This document shows, one piece after another, positions 1 through 12,113 of a stretch of DNA of 64,000 bases. The first letter of the stretch is position 1. Every line of letters begins with the position of its first letter. Location: the NCBI GenBank assembly GCA_002269645.1, contig NIVC01000672.1, forward strand, positions 62,001 to 126,000, in the 5' to 3' direction. A program made the translations under genes and the position numbers. The notes under the pieces are model-generated. The model made no database searches, was not told the DNA's origin, and was given only the letters and a program-made list of their open reading frames with translations. This stretch comes from Macrostomum lignano. Lineage: Eukaryota.

Positions 1-689
1 CTGAAGTTACGTTATATATATACGTTATATATATATATATATACTACTTAAGTTGTCCTTGGTACTTGCTTGCTTACCCAGGATTGCCGCCATTTGCTTT
101 CACCACTGGTTGCCAAATTAATTAGTTGTACCGTGTACAATGCTTTGTACACTCTTCCTTCTGGGGTGGGAAAGATTTCTTAGTAGCTCACCGCACACTT
201 GAATAGACTGAGTTGTACCTTGTGCGTTCAGTCCTATTTGGTTTCCGTTTTAGTTGCTTTTCTCTACAGTATATCTTGGGCATGACGCATGCAGACGACC
301 ACTTGTGATGCGAGCAGTACTACCGCATTAGTTTAGTGCGTGTTTTATACCTGATCGCCTTCAATGAGTAAGTAGCTGATGCCTAATGACGTAGTTATGT
401 GGTACCTAAATTAGTGATTTGGAATCCAACACTTCTACTAAATGCGGAGCTAAAGCGCAAATTTCTGAAGTTTTCTTAACTGAATTGCGTATGTAAAATT
501 ACTGAAGTAGCAGAAAATAGAATCAAAGACAGCCGTAAAGTTTGTCCCAAACTCCTCATTTTTGCTGAAACTGATTTTTGCGGACTGTCTTTGTCGAGAA
601 TTTCAGTGCATTTAAAGTTTTCCATATTATAACTATGCTCAGGTTGCGTTCACAACAACAGCAAACAGAATAAGCTTTCCGGTCTTAAT

Positions 690-1010
690 AAAGCAGCGTC
701 ACAAGATGCGTCTCTGAGCAAACCTGAGTCTGGGACGCCGGCGTCATCCAGCAGGCAGTCGACAAAACTCTGAGTGCCTGCCTGTTCCCGCCGGTAGGGT
801 GCCTACAGTGTCAGCAGCAGCAGCTCTTGCATCGGCTGCAGGCAGTGAGACTGGGCGCAGATGATGTGTCGGCGTAGCGATTGGGTGCCGCATTGTTGAC
901 TCGCTCGTCGCTGGTCTTGAAGCGCGCCACGTTAACATGCTGTTCGAGCGAGTCCGTCAGCTTTCCAGTCTCGACATTGTAAAGCAAGACGGTCTCAAAA
1001 GCTGCCTGTG
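690..1010 (-). mobile_element. Degraded 3' fragment of a non-LTR (RTE-like) retrotransposon ORF
   Basis: Broken minus-strand frames read AAFETVLLYNVETGKLTDSLEQHV...DERVNNAA and QPMQELLLLTL*APYRREQA...FVDCLLDDAGVPDS. This resembles the post-RT ETVLLY..ETW.LT region of RTE-type LINEs. Contains stops and frameshifts. Confidence 0.5.
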
Positions 1011-1438
1011 ACGTCGACTCCCTGACGTACTAAGCTTAGTCGTACTTGATATTTCAAAGTAATTTTCTGAATTCCTTTTTTTCTAGTAAAAATCCGAACC
1101 AGCTGAGCTTTTTAGCAAATTTTATAATGTAACTCTGTACAGTGGATGGAATGGAGTACAGTAGTATAATCATTTGTTCATAAAAAGCGCGAAAAAGTCA
1201 ACGAAGCAGTATAGTTGGGCAAATACTCGTATGTTAAATATTTAACACAACCTCGATAAAGTATATGCGTTTGCTCGTGACCCCTGGAAGGTTTTGACAT
1301 TTTCGTCAAAAGTGGTCCCTCTTCGGGTGTCTGTATAAAATCTATTTTCTATACTATTGAGCAATGAGATTACTAATACTGCTGAGAGCAGATTTTAAAT
1401 CTGAGTAATACGCCACAGACACTGAGTTCCGAGTTCAT

Positions 1439-2209
1439 TCAGACGCGCTCTGGCACTGCAAGCAGCTCCAGCAGCTGCGAGTCCGGATGCGGCAGGGGGC
1501 AGGCGGACAGACCCGGACGGTCAGACCTGCAGCTCCAGCTCTTTTCCGCGGCGCAGTCTATGGCAATTCTGCCGTTGACTTCGCACTCAAGCCACTGGCC
1601 AGTCTGGAATTTTAGCCGCAGGCCGAACTGGGCTAACCAGTGCCAGAAGTTGAGGTCCAGCTGCCTCTGCAGACTCTGGCCGGCTGCGATTCTGCATCCC
1701 GTCAGCTGGTGGCACGGCGACCTGGCGCCCCAGTCTTCTTCATCCAGGACCCACGCGACAACTCGAGTAACGGCCTCTGGCGTCGCGTTCTTTATCTTGA
1801 GCTGCATCTGCACGGGCAGGCACGAGCCCTCGGTGCCCCCCTGCATAGGCCACTGGCTGGGCAGGTACGGCTCCACCAGGATCTCGAAGCTCTCGTGCCA
1901 ACCAGCGGCTGTGCAGTCTCCGATCCACTTTAGGTACGGCTTCTTTCTGAGGAAGAGCTCCGTCTTGCTCTTCGCATCCCGGCTGTCGGATGTGCTTCCA
2001 ACGGACACCACGATGCTCCCCTCAGAGGAGACCTCAATCTCGGTCAGCCTGCCGTCCCGGATGGCCTTCCAGGAGCCCAGCCACCGCAGGCCCGGGTTCG
2101 CCGCCATGTAGGCAAGCGCCTTTGAATTCGCGTCCGCTGCGTCGGTGACGGGGCCGAGCTGTACCGTCCAGTGCACGGCCGGCGGGACTGGGAGGGTGAG
2201 CACCATGTC
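1439..2209 (-). CDS. Protein with two MVL-like (mannan-binding lectin) repeats plus an unassigned C-terminal beta-rich domain, paralog 1
   Basis: 255-aa GC-rich ORF preceded by a strong acceptor (tttccgctctcctactcacccag|GAC ATG, exon starts 2209). Repeats VQLGPVTDAADANSKA...GLRWLGSWKAIRDGRLTEIEV and VSVGSTSDSRDAKSK...PYLKWIG. Collinear paralog at 7218-7976. The ORF is well supported; the lectin label less so. Confidence 0.75.
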   Translation of the reverse strand, partial: DMVLTLPVPPAVHWTVQLGPVTDAADANSKALAYMAANPGLRWLGSWKAIRDGRLTEIEVSSEGSIVVSVGSTSDSRDAKSKTELFLRKKPYLKWIGDCTAAGWHESFEILVEPYLPSQWPMQGGTEGSCLPVQMQLKIKNATPEAVTRVVAWVLDEEDWGARSPCHQLTGCRIAAGQSLQRQLDLNFWHWLAQFGLRLKFQTGQWLECEVNGRIAIDCAAEKSWSCRSDRPGLSACPLPHPDSQLLELLAVPERV

Positions 2210-3191
2210 CTGGGTGAGTAGGAGAGCGGAAACCAGTCACAATTAATTCAGTTCCGATGTACTACTGCAGGGTACTACTCCCTGTCTTGTATCTAACATG
2301 GTTTGCAGCAGACGTGATGACCATATATAAAATGCTCGATCTGGTGCACTGACTCTGACAGTTTGAACAATACGAGCAAATCTCTGTGAGTGAGCCACGA
2401 GCACTGCACCAGCAATCCGCTACACTATGTGCATTTGTAGAGAAAAGAGTGAGGGCAAAAACAAGTATTAAGCTTTTTTGACTTCGATGAAAATAAAGAT
2501 CGAGTAAATAAACTAGTGAGTGGGAAGAGACTGTCAGAAGTAAGAAAAAGAAAGAGACGATAATAAGAAGAATCAGATTGAACTAAGCAGAGAGAGAGCA
2601 CAGTAAACAGAGAGGTGAGAACAGAAGAATAAGATAAGCACGAAAGTCGAGACAAGTCTGTAATGTCTATTAATTCTCGTGAAAATTCTCACTCTCATCT
2701 CAGAGTAGTATTTTAAAAAAATTTTGTAATCTGACCAATCGCTTCTTCGTCTACATTCGTGGATTTAGCACAGAAAATAAACATTAAATAGTTTTGCAAG
2801 AGTTGCAAGAGATGCGTCACTCACCTCGATCTCCAAAAATTTAACACCGGGCGGAAGACGCCCCGATCCAAAGGTCGCTTTTCTTAAATAGAGCTTAGCT
2901 CGTATACGTGTATAAACAAATTATACTCGCATGCCACGGGTGCAACTCGTGCAGCCAAGAGACTTATTTGGTTTTGGTTTGGTTTGATTTATTTCTGATA
3001 AAACTCTGATAACAGGCGCTGTAACACCGCGACTTCCACATTAGGTTTAGTTGTTTGACACATTCCAAACCATGCAAAAATGCACTTTTGCCTTAGAGAT
3101 TATAGTATGCGAAATACCAAGGAGGTTGACTATTAAAAACAATTAACCACCAGCCAACGCGTAGCCGCAGCAGGGCGCATGAAAAACAAAA

Positions 3192-3441
3192 TTACCAAGC
3201 GGTCGGACTGCTGCAGAGTCATGCATAGAGGCCACGCATGGTTACCAAGCGGTCGGACTGCTGCAGAGTCATGCATAGAGGCCACGCATGGTTACCAAGC
3301 GGTCGGACTGCTGCAGAGTCATGCATAGAGGCCACGCATGGTTACCAAGCGGTCGGACTGCTGCAGAGTCATGCATAGAGGCCACGCATGGTCACCAAGC
3401 GGTCGGACTGCTGCAGAGTCATGCATAGAGACCATGCATGG
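3192..3441. repeat. 50-bp tandem repeat, 5 copies
   Basis: Unit ttaccaagcggtcggactgctgcagagtcatgcatagaggccacgcatgg starts at 3192, 3242, 3292, 3342, 3392. Confidence 0.95.
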
Positions 3442-4057
3442 TCACTAAAGAATTTTAAGCTAATTGAAGAATTTAAGAAGTACATAACGAAAACGCAGTG
3501 AAGCAGAAAGCTTAATTCCTGAATAAATTGTAAGTTAAAGATTCGAGCAGAGGACCTGGTAGAGGATCTGGCACGCGTCCTTGCTTTCTGAGGGTCCGAT
3601 GGGCCTTGATTTCTTTCAGAGTCCACCGCAGACCCACGAACTAATGCAATGACAAGTCGCAAGGTCGCAATTTTCCAAAATTTCATTGGATAAGATGTAC
3701 AAAATCGAGTCCAATGGTTTATACAATGAGAAAAATGATGGGTATAGGATAGATCTTCTGTCAGGTGAGGCAGCCTCTGTGGTGGGATAACCAGCTAATA
3801 CGGAGGGTTGGATCTTTCTTGCCGAAAAAAATCGCTGTGAGCCTTACTACAGCATCAAGTCGGCTCCGCCAGACTGCAGCACATTCGGCTTCAGCTGCCA
3901 TCAAAAAAGTTCCAATAGAAGGTCTCCTGAACCGCAAAAGCAGAATTTTGTAAGTCAAAGGATCCAAGAGACATGGATTGCATCAACACTCGAGTGCATC
4001 ACGCTGCCGAAATCTCATACATCAGCTTCCAATGTGAATTCAGTTCATCAGTCAAAA

Positions 4058-5298
4058 CTATTGACTGCGCTGAGCCTGCTGCACCTGCTGCTGGAGTTGC
4101 TGCACCTGCTGCTGGAGCTGCTGCACCTGCTGCAGGAGCTGCTCGACGCTCCTCGTCCGCTCGTCCAGTCCGCTCAGCAGAGTCCGCAGCTGCGAGACGC
4201 CTCCGAACCTGTCAGCCATCTGCTCGAGCTCCATAGTGCTGTGAGCCCAGTTCGCCACGTTGACCTGCAGCTTCTTGAACTGCTCGAAGACGCTGCCGAC
4301 TCGCCTCTTCACGTCGGCCACCTCGAGACCGTCGGCGGTTGTGACGGCGGGAGCTGCGGAACCTACATAAGACTGCGGCACGGCGGCTGCTGAAAATAGG
4401 AAAAAAAAATAAACCACAGAACAGCATCTTCTGCGTGATTTTATTACTGATTTTGACACCAGTTCTTACAGGGACTCTGCTGAGCTATTGCTGCCTGCTT
4501 GAGTTTTGAGTCCATGAGCTCAAGGTGAGAGTCCACGCTCTCCCTGTAGTGCCTCTCCAGATCGGACCTGCGCACCATCGCCCTGCAGCCCAGGTGAGAG
4601 TACTTGCACTCTACCGGTCTCTCGGGACACTCCGACAGGTGAGCAACATATCCCCGCCTGTCCATCGGTGTGCTCCGCTCCGAGCAGTGAGGACAGCGAG
4701 CTGAGAATCTCGGACAGCACACATCGGACTGCAGATTCCTGTGACTGGTCTCCATCTCGCTGTGTGTGACCAGCTGAGAGCACAGGTCGCAGGTCTCCTT
4801 CCTGTGGCGACACTCGCTGCTGGTGTGTCGCTGCATGTCCTTCTTCAGGATGAGCTCTTTGCACTGCTCACAGCGGAGTGAGTGCCAGTCGCAGCTCTGT
4901 TGCACATGCTGGTCTATGCGAGCCCATTCCAGTTGGACAGAGCAGCCGGCGTCGCAGTTCGGACAGCGGACTCGCAGCTTGGCGACCTCGCGTCTAGTCG
5001 CCATGTCGGGAAAGCAGGTAGCATGGCTCACCTCGGTCTCGACATCGCCGCCGCTGCCACCGCCGCCAACGTCCTCCTCCGAGTGGTGGTCTCTGAGTGT
5101 GCAGGCCTCGGTGTGTCCGGGACAGGGCCGCTTCTCCACCTCGTGCAGCAGGCCGGTGACGCAGGCCTGGCACAGGCGGCACCCGTGCGGAGTCTGTCGG
5201 GCGTTGAAGAGCGGCTTGGAGCAGCTGCTGCACTGCAGGTGAGCCGGCAGAGCGGAGACCGGCCTCGCAACCGACACACTCGAAGGCAGCTCCGACAT
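4058..5298 (-). CDS. TRAF-like copy 1: RING + zinc fingers + coiled coil, no MATH (exons 5298-4470, 4389-4058; 386 aa)
   Basis: ATG 5298; phase-1 donor CCC T|GTAAGA; acceptor ttttcag|CA; in-frame join to the coiled-coil exon ending LQQQVQQAQRSQ*. TRAF-type fingers such as CEQCKELILKKDMQRHTSSEC and CKYSHLGC...ERH...HLELM. Confidence 0.88.
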
Positions 5299-5716
5299 TG
5301 TTGTCCAAACGTCCTAAGAGTCAGACTGCAATTTAAAAGTGGCATGCAAATATTTTTTATGAGCGTGGTGCCCAGACAGAGAGGGATCGAAGACGGAATA
5401 TTTAAATTGACGGAAAGCGTCGATCAAGGCAGCCTCCTTATTTGATTTATGCCTGCAATAAAATCGTTCCATAGTTTTATATGAAGCAGAAATAGGATTT
5501 TTGAGGCACAAATTTTGGTATTAATACTGGTAGCTTTTTAGGTATTTATAGTAGATCAAGTCTGCAATTTTACTGAAAACTTCTAATGGCTACTCTAAAA
5601 TTGATCGTGATTGATGTATTTCTAGCACGATTCTATCATTTTCTGCGGTTTTGTAAACTCGCGAGGCGGCAACTCGGCAGGGCATTCAGTTTTCAGGACT
5701 AAAAATAGTTTTCCTT

Positions 5717-6122
5717 TCAACATTAAATTAATTCAATTGAACTACGCGTTTCGCATGATACTGTGCATCTTTAGGTTTATTTTTTAGCGAAAGAAACGAG
5801 TGAGATCGGCAGTAAACAAATACAAAATTTCGGGGTGCAAATTCAATCAATATTTGAAGTACATGTTTGTTGGTCCAAAAGTCGAGAGGAAAAGTCCAGG
5901 GACGGAATGATAGCGATATAGTTTGAAGTACATAATGTACATACAGTGTCCCCTCCCTCAGAACACACGGAGAACAAATTCAAAAATATTGATTGAATTT
6001 GCACCCCGAAATTTTGTATTTATTTACTGCCGATCTCACTCGTTTCTTTCGCTCAAAAATAAACCTAAAGATGCACAGTATCGTGCGAAACGCGTAGTTC
6101 AATTGAATTAATTTATTGTTGA
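5717..6122. mobile_element. Foldback/MITE-like element, arms about 145 bp, spacer about 115 bp
   Basis: 5717-5860 is the near-perfect reverse complement of 5978-6122 (caattgaactacgcgtttcgc...gcaaattcaatcaatattt). No clear TSD found. Confidence 0.8.
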
Positions 6123-6269
6123 TTTTTGCCTTCCTATTCATCATACTTGCCAAGCGAGCAACTTTACCTGAGTTTTCCTTTCTGTCGATATTTCACTGCA
6201 AATGGCGAGTTTCTGTGCCGGCTAAAGGATAAATTTGAGCTCTCTGTCATCAGTTATTCGCTCAGTTCA

Positions 6270-6625
6270 GGTATCAGACAGAGCAGCTCAGCGTTAAACG
6301 CGTCTGATTCGTGTCACGACCCCTGGTTCGATTCCTCTCGGCTTGTGCGTTTGTGATTAAATTGACTGAGTTATTGTCATGCAATTCATACGAGGTACTT
6401 ATGAGGGCCAGCCAACGATGTACACTCGGTACACGCTACACCCTGTGTGAGCTGAGTGCACGAGTGCGTGCCTGTGTGTGGTATTGGCGCGCTTGTATTT
6501 GCTTGGGAGTCTGCGGAATGGGCAGAATGTCCTCAGCGCTGGTTGGGTTGTGCAGACGATGCCGCCGAGAGCGTTGCAACAGGGTGCCCCACAGCCCTCC
6601 TGCATCCTTCATCAGCCCTTATTGT
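6270..6625 (+). mobile_element. tRNA-headed SINE-like element
   Basis: B-box GGTTCGATTCC at about 6324 with an A-box-like agctcagcg upstream. Body (gggagtc..cggaatgg.cag...cagggtgc.cacagccctc) is shared with minus-strand copies at about 9690, 23150 and 44570. Confidence 0.55.
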
Positions 6626-7217
6626 GATTTGCGAGTGTAGCCCAAACCCTCCAGCGATTATTCATGAAATTTCCCGCAGATGTACTTTCTGTTGGGGCTG
6701 CTTTCAACCTGGAGACCCGGGGCTGGCAGGGTGGGCGATGGGAGCGCAGGTGCAGTGGGCGATGCTGAGCTTAATTTTTTATCCCTTTCAGCAAATACTG
6801 AAGTATGATTATAACAGAGAAGCCACGCACTTGCTTCCTGCTTGAGTTGAGTTCGAGCTCGGCAGCCAACTTCAGGTCGCAGTCCGCCTGGCCTGGCTGC
6901 TCTGGCTGGCGGCTGCTTAAAATAGACATTTCTGTCACATGATTTGTTGGAACTGTACAATAACCAAAGTTTTTTCCATGGAAAATCCGTGCGGTAGAGA
7001 GCTGCGACCGTGGCAAAAACATGGCTCTCAGGTGTATTTTCGTTTCTATTTTTGTTCTGTACAGTACAATACAATGTCAAGTATTTTGATTGTATGCTTA
7101 GCGTTGTTTACAAATTATAAAATCAATCGTACACTATAATAAGTCAGTTGTCAGGCAATTTACGCTCCTATTTAACATTTGTACAAGAAGTGCCGCGCGT
7201 CTTTGAGCGGTGCGGCG

Positions 7218-7976
7218 TCATGAGTCGCACACGACCACCTCTAGCAGGCGGGCTCCGGGTTCCACCTTGTGGTAAACCGACAGGCCAGCTCCAGAGGAGA
7301 ATTTCCAATGATTTTTCGCCGAGCTGTCGATGGCCAGCCGGCTGTTCACCTGGAACTGCAGGTAGCGGCCGCTCTGGAAGCCGAGCCAGACCGCCAGCTT
7401 GGCCGTGTGGCTCCAGAAGTTCACGTCCAGCTCCTTCTCCAGGACGCCTCGCTCGGCGATATGCCCGTCGGAGAACTGGAGGCAGGGCCGCCGCTGGCCC
7501 CAGTCGCTGGGCTCCAAGCCCCTTGCAGTAATCCTGGTCACCTTCTCGGAGGTCAGGTTCCTCAGCCGCAGGCTGGTGGTCACTGGTAGGCAGATCCCAA
7601 CTGTGCCTTCCTTCATGTGCCACTCGGTGGGCAGGAAAGCTTCGACCACAATCTGGAAGTTCTGGAGCCAGCCGAGCTCTGAGCAGCTGGCTGTCCACTT
7701 CAGGTAGGGATGCTTTGCGATGAAGGCTTCAGCCTTGTCTTGCGCATCTCTGCGGCTGGAGGTGGCGCCCAGAGAGACAATAATTGACCCCGCGGAGGCG
7801 ACCTCGATGGAGCAGAGCTTTGAGTTCGGGGCGGAGTTCCAGCTGCCAGTGTACTTTAGTCCCGGATGACGGGCCTCAAACAGCTGAGCCTGGGACAGGG
7901 CCTCAGCCTGGCTGGAGATGCGACCGACTGGGACCCACCAGGACTGCTGGGTGTTCTGGAAGCTTCTGACCATCAA
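7218..7976 (-). CDS. MVL-like tandem-repeat protein, paralog 2
   Basis: 252-aa ORF collinear with 1439-2206 (shared IEV.S.GSI.VS.G, PYLKW, CLPV, DW...P, LD.NFW). Frame stays open to about 8035, with candidate acceptors at 7992 (phase 2) and 8020 (phase 1). Confidence 0.75.
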   Translation of the reverse strand: MMVRSFQNTQQSWWVPVGRISSQAEALSQAQLFEARHPGLKYTGSWNSAPNSKLCSIEVASAGSIIVSLGATSSRRDAQDKAEAFIAKHPYLKWTASCSELGWLQNFQIVVEAFLPTEWHMKEGTVGICLPVTTSLRLRNLTSEKVTRITARGLEPSDWGQRRPCLQFSDGHIAERGVLEKELDVNFWSHTAKLAVWLGFQSGRYLQFQVNSRLAIDSSAKNHWKFSSGAGLSVYHKVEPGARLLEVVVCDS

Positions 7977-8879
7977 TGAGTTGGAGGTGCCGCTGGATAA
8001 AACCCTGCTTTTGTGATAAGCTGTCGCAGGAATTCACTTGGCTGATGTCGCATTTACTTTAGGTTCACTTGTTAGTGAACTATACGAGCCAGTCTCGACT
8101 CTTGGCAGCTCTTTCTATATTGCCTTGCCAGACTTAATAAAAGGAATCATGCTTCCTATGACTGAAAGTCACGTGACAGAAAAATTGTCTGCGAGTTGTG
8201 GAAAATTCCATTAATTTGAACATCACATATATCTTGCTTATTAAAATTCTAGCTTATAACGTACGTGTGAGTAGGGAAATAAGATACGTCCTGTTCCAAA
8301 TGTAAACTCCAACACGTACCCAGTGTACTTGTCAGTCCCACACATGCAGTGTACATTCAATTCATTTCAGTCAAATTGCCTGTCTGGAAACGCAAGTTCT
8401 ATTTTTAGAATCAAAACCCGGCCACGAGTGAAGCCTCGTGTGCCAGATAAACAGGACAAGTGAGCTGTGTTTTTTCAGTTCTGGGCGAGGCCTGAAGGCA
8501 TGAAGCCGCTCATTCTAAATAGAAATTTAGAATGCTCGTCTGAATAGCTGGCCGACAAATCGCTTTTTTAAGATGAGAGCGGGGAACAGTAATGAGTAAT
8601 CATGAAATAAAATAGTATTAATAGCAAGGACTACTTAAGCAGAAGATAATGCAATAAACATTCACTGGGCCACACTTGATATGGACGATAAAAGGGTTTA
8701 AAGTCTACATATAAATGTGATCAGCCTTAACATACCCGGTATGTTAAAATGAGTTTTCTCTATCTACGAGTATCTAGGTATCTAGGTAGGTATGCGATTA
8801 ATTTCAGAAAAAAACGGCTCAACCGATTTTCATGAAACTTGTTCTGTTCGATCAGAAATTTTCCGGTTTCCGGTTCTTG

Positions 8880-9180
8880 GGGAATTGCTGAGATGTCAAG
8901 GATCGTGGGGGAATTGCTGAGATGTCCAGGGTCAGGGGGGAATTGCTGAGATGCCAAGGCTCAGGGGAGAATTGCTGAGATGCCAATGCTCAGGGGGGAA
9001 TAGCTGCGATGCCAAGGCTCAGGGGAGAATTGCTGAGATGCCAAGGCTCAGGGGTAAATTGCTGAGATGTCAAGGCTCAGGGGTAAATTGCTGAGATGCC
9101 AAGGCTCAGGGGAGAATTGCTGAGATGCCAAGGCTCAGGGGTAAATTGCTGAGATGCCAAGGCTCATGGGGAAATCACTG
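8880..9180. repeat. 29-bp minisatellite, about 10 copies
   Basis: Unit aattgctgagatgccaaggctcaggggta/ag with period 29. Confidence 0.9.
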
Positions 9181-9689
9181 AAATTCTGTGGGTCAGTGAG
9201 AATTGGTGAAATAGCAAGGTTCATGTGGGAAATTGCTGTGATCTCAATGCTCATGGAGGTATTCGTGTAATGCTGTTAGCTCTATGGCAGGAAGGGAGAC
9301 AACGAAAAGCGCTTGGTGAGAACACAGGTGGCACAATCGAGCCCGTCAAGGTATATTTTATTGTAATATGAACACAAAAAAAAAATCAACGCCGCGAGAA
9401 CAAGCAATCTCAGCTCAAAGCGAGGCCTAAAAGGCACGGAACACAACCGTGGGCAGATGGAGCAAAAGCTCATGGGATCCCATATCTTAGGCTAAGATAG
9501 CTGGCGTCAGAGCGCATGATTTTTGCTTTAAACATAATTTTCCTTTAGATAATAATAAAACGACAGTATAGCAACTCTAAATTGTACAAAGTCAAAATCT
9601 ACATGCCCCCTGCAGTTACTCTTATTTTTATTCCTTTTTTGCCTCCCCACCGGGAGGGGCACAGATTGCGAGTTAACTGGACATGAAGA

Positions 9690-9985
9690 ACTGAGCCTTT
9701 TTGTAGAGACAGGGGGGCTGTATGCACCCTGGCGCGCTGCACTTTAATCGACAATGTGACACAGCCGGTGAGAGGCATTACTGCCCATTCCGCCGACTCC
9801 TCTGAGCAGGCAGTCATTTGCACAGGCACACACACACACACACACAGGATTCTCACTTTATTTATCTTTAGGCATGTACACTTTACTGCACCTTGGGGGT
9901 TGGCCATCAAGGGTGTTAATTGCCGAGCAGAGCCAAGCTGAGATTCCAATTTAGCCTCAAATTAACCTTACTGCACTTGGAATGC
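9690..9985 (-). mobile_element. SINE-like repeat copy; head region abuts the 40-bp satellite
   Basis: Collinear with 23170-23480 (gggctgt.tgcaccctgg...ccattccg.cgactcc...ccttgggggttggcc...gattccaattt...actgcacttg). Confidence 0.6.
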
Positions 9986-11722
9986 AGTGAAGAGACTTCA
10001 GTGCAGACTTAGGTGGGCAGTGCACACTGGAGAGACTTCAGTGCAGACTTAGGTGGGCAGTGCACACTGGAGAGACTTCAGTGCAGACTTAGGTGGGCAG
10101 TACACACTGGAGAGACTTCAGTGCAGACTTAGGTGGGCAGTACACACTGGAGAGACTTCAGTGCAGACTTAGGTGGGCAAGTGCACACTGGAGAGACTTC
10201 AGTGCAGACTTTGGTGGGCAGTACACACTGGAGAGACCTCAGTACAGACTTTGGTGGGCAGTACACACTGGAGAGACCTCAGTGCAGACTTAAGTGGGCA
10301 GTACACACTGGAGAGACTTCAGTGCAGACTTTGGTGGGCAGTACACACTGGAGAGACCTCAGTGCAGACTTTGGTGGGCAGTACACACTGGAGAGACTTC
10401 AGTGCAGACTTAGGTGGGCAGTACACACTGGAGAGACCTCAGTGCAGACTTAGGTGGGCAGTACACACTGGAGAGACCTCAGTGCAGACTTAAGTGGGCA
10501 GTACACACTGGAGAGGCTTCAGTGCAGACTTAGGTGGGCAGTACACACTGGAGAGACCTCAGTGCAGACTTAAGTGGGCAAGTGCACACTGGAGAGACCT
10601 CAGTGCAGACTTAAGTGGGCAGTACACACTGGAGAGACGTCAGTGCAGACTTAGGTGGGCAGTACACACTGGAGAGACCTCAGTGCAGACTTTGGTGGGC
10701 AGTACACACTGGAGAGACCTCAGTGCAGACTTTGGTGGGCAGTACACACTGGAGAGACTTCAGTGCAGACTTAGGTGGGCAGTACACACTGGAGAGACCT
10801 CAGTGCAGACTTAGGTGGGCAGTACACACTGGAGAGACCTCAGTGCAGACTTAAGTGGGCAGTACACACTGGAGAGGCTTCAGTGCAGACTTAGGTGGGC
10901 AAGTGCACACTGGAGAGACTTCAGTGCAGACTTTGGTGGGCAGTACACACTGGAGAGACCTCAGTACAGACTTTGGTGGGCAGTACACACTGGAGAGACC
11001 TCAGTGCAGACTTAAGTGGGCAGTACACACTGGAGAGACTTCAGTGCAGACTTTGGTGGGCAGTACACACTGGAGAGACCTCAGTGCAGACTTTGGTGGG
11101 CAGTACACACTGGAGAGACTTCAGTGCAGACTTAGGTGGGCAGTACACACTGGAGAGACCTCAGTGCAGACTTAGGTGGGCAGTACACACTGGAGAGACC
11201 TCAGTGCAGACTTAAGTGGGCAGTACACACTGGAGAGGCTTCAGTGCAGACTTAGGTGGGCAGTACACACTGGAGAGACCTCAGTGCAGACTTAAGTGGG
11301 CAAGTGCACACTGGAGAGACCTCAGTGCAGACTTAAGTGGGCAGTACACACTGGAGAGACGTCAGTGCAGACTTAGGTGGGCAGTACACACTGGAGAGAC
11401 CTCAGTGCAGACTTAGGTGGGCAGTACACACTGGAGAGACCTCAGTGCAGACTTAAGTGGGCAGTACACACTGGAGAGACTTCAGTGCAGACTTAGGTGG
11501 GCAGTGCACACTGGAGAGACTTCAGTGCAGACTTTGGTGGGCAGTACACTCTGGAGATACTTCAGTGCAGACTTAGGTTGGCAGTACACACTGGAGAGGC
11601 TTCAGTGCAGACTTAGGTGGGCAGTACACACTGGAGAGACCTCAGTGCAGACTTAGGTGGGCAAGTGCACACTGGAGACCTCAGTGCAGACTTAGGTGGG
11701 CAAGTGCACACTGGAGACCTCA
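9986..11722. repeat. 40-bp satellite, about 43 copies, with a 722-bp higher-order period
   Basis: Unit gtgggcagtacacactggagagacttcagtgcagacttag. Rare variants recur 722 bp apart (10241/10963, 10511/11233, 10634/11356). Confidence 0.95.
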
Positions 11723-12113
11723 GTAGCTCGTAGAGGCCGACTGGAAGGTTAGTACATGTAAAAATTCAGAATATACTGAAGCGGTCAGCGCGGACTTCAG
11801 AGTCGGGCACACTCTGAGGATATCAAAACACTTGTTTATTAGTTGATAACAATTGCACGAAAATGTTCTGTCAACGAAGTCAGGAAAGTGTTTTAAAACT
11901 GCTTAAAATTTTAAATAGGTTTTTAAATATTCAAAACTTAAAACCCGACTCGGATTTGATCAGTTTGCTGGAAAAAACTCACATTTCTATCTGAATAATA
12001 ATCGTCAAAGGCTTTTTCTCATTCATAAACATCACATCGATACTGGCCGATTAGGTACGATGCAATGAAGCAATCGAATGCACACATTTTTTCCTCGTTG
12101 AAAATTTTAAGCA

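Noticed and set aside
6270-6345. tRNA gene
   Set aside because: A B-box is present but I could not build a convincing cloverleaf, and the sequence runs into a dispersed repeat body, which fits a SINE head better.
9986-11722. CRISPR-like array or repetitive protein (MGSTHWRDFSADLGGQ ORFs)
   Set aside because: Monomers are contiguous with no unique spacers, there are no cas genes and the context is eukaryotic. The ORFs are stop-free readings of a 40-bp satellite.
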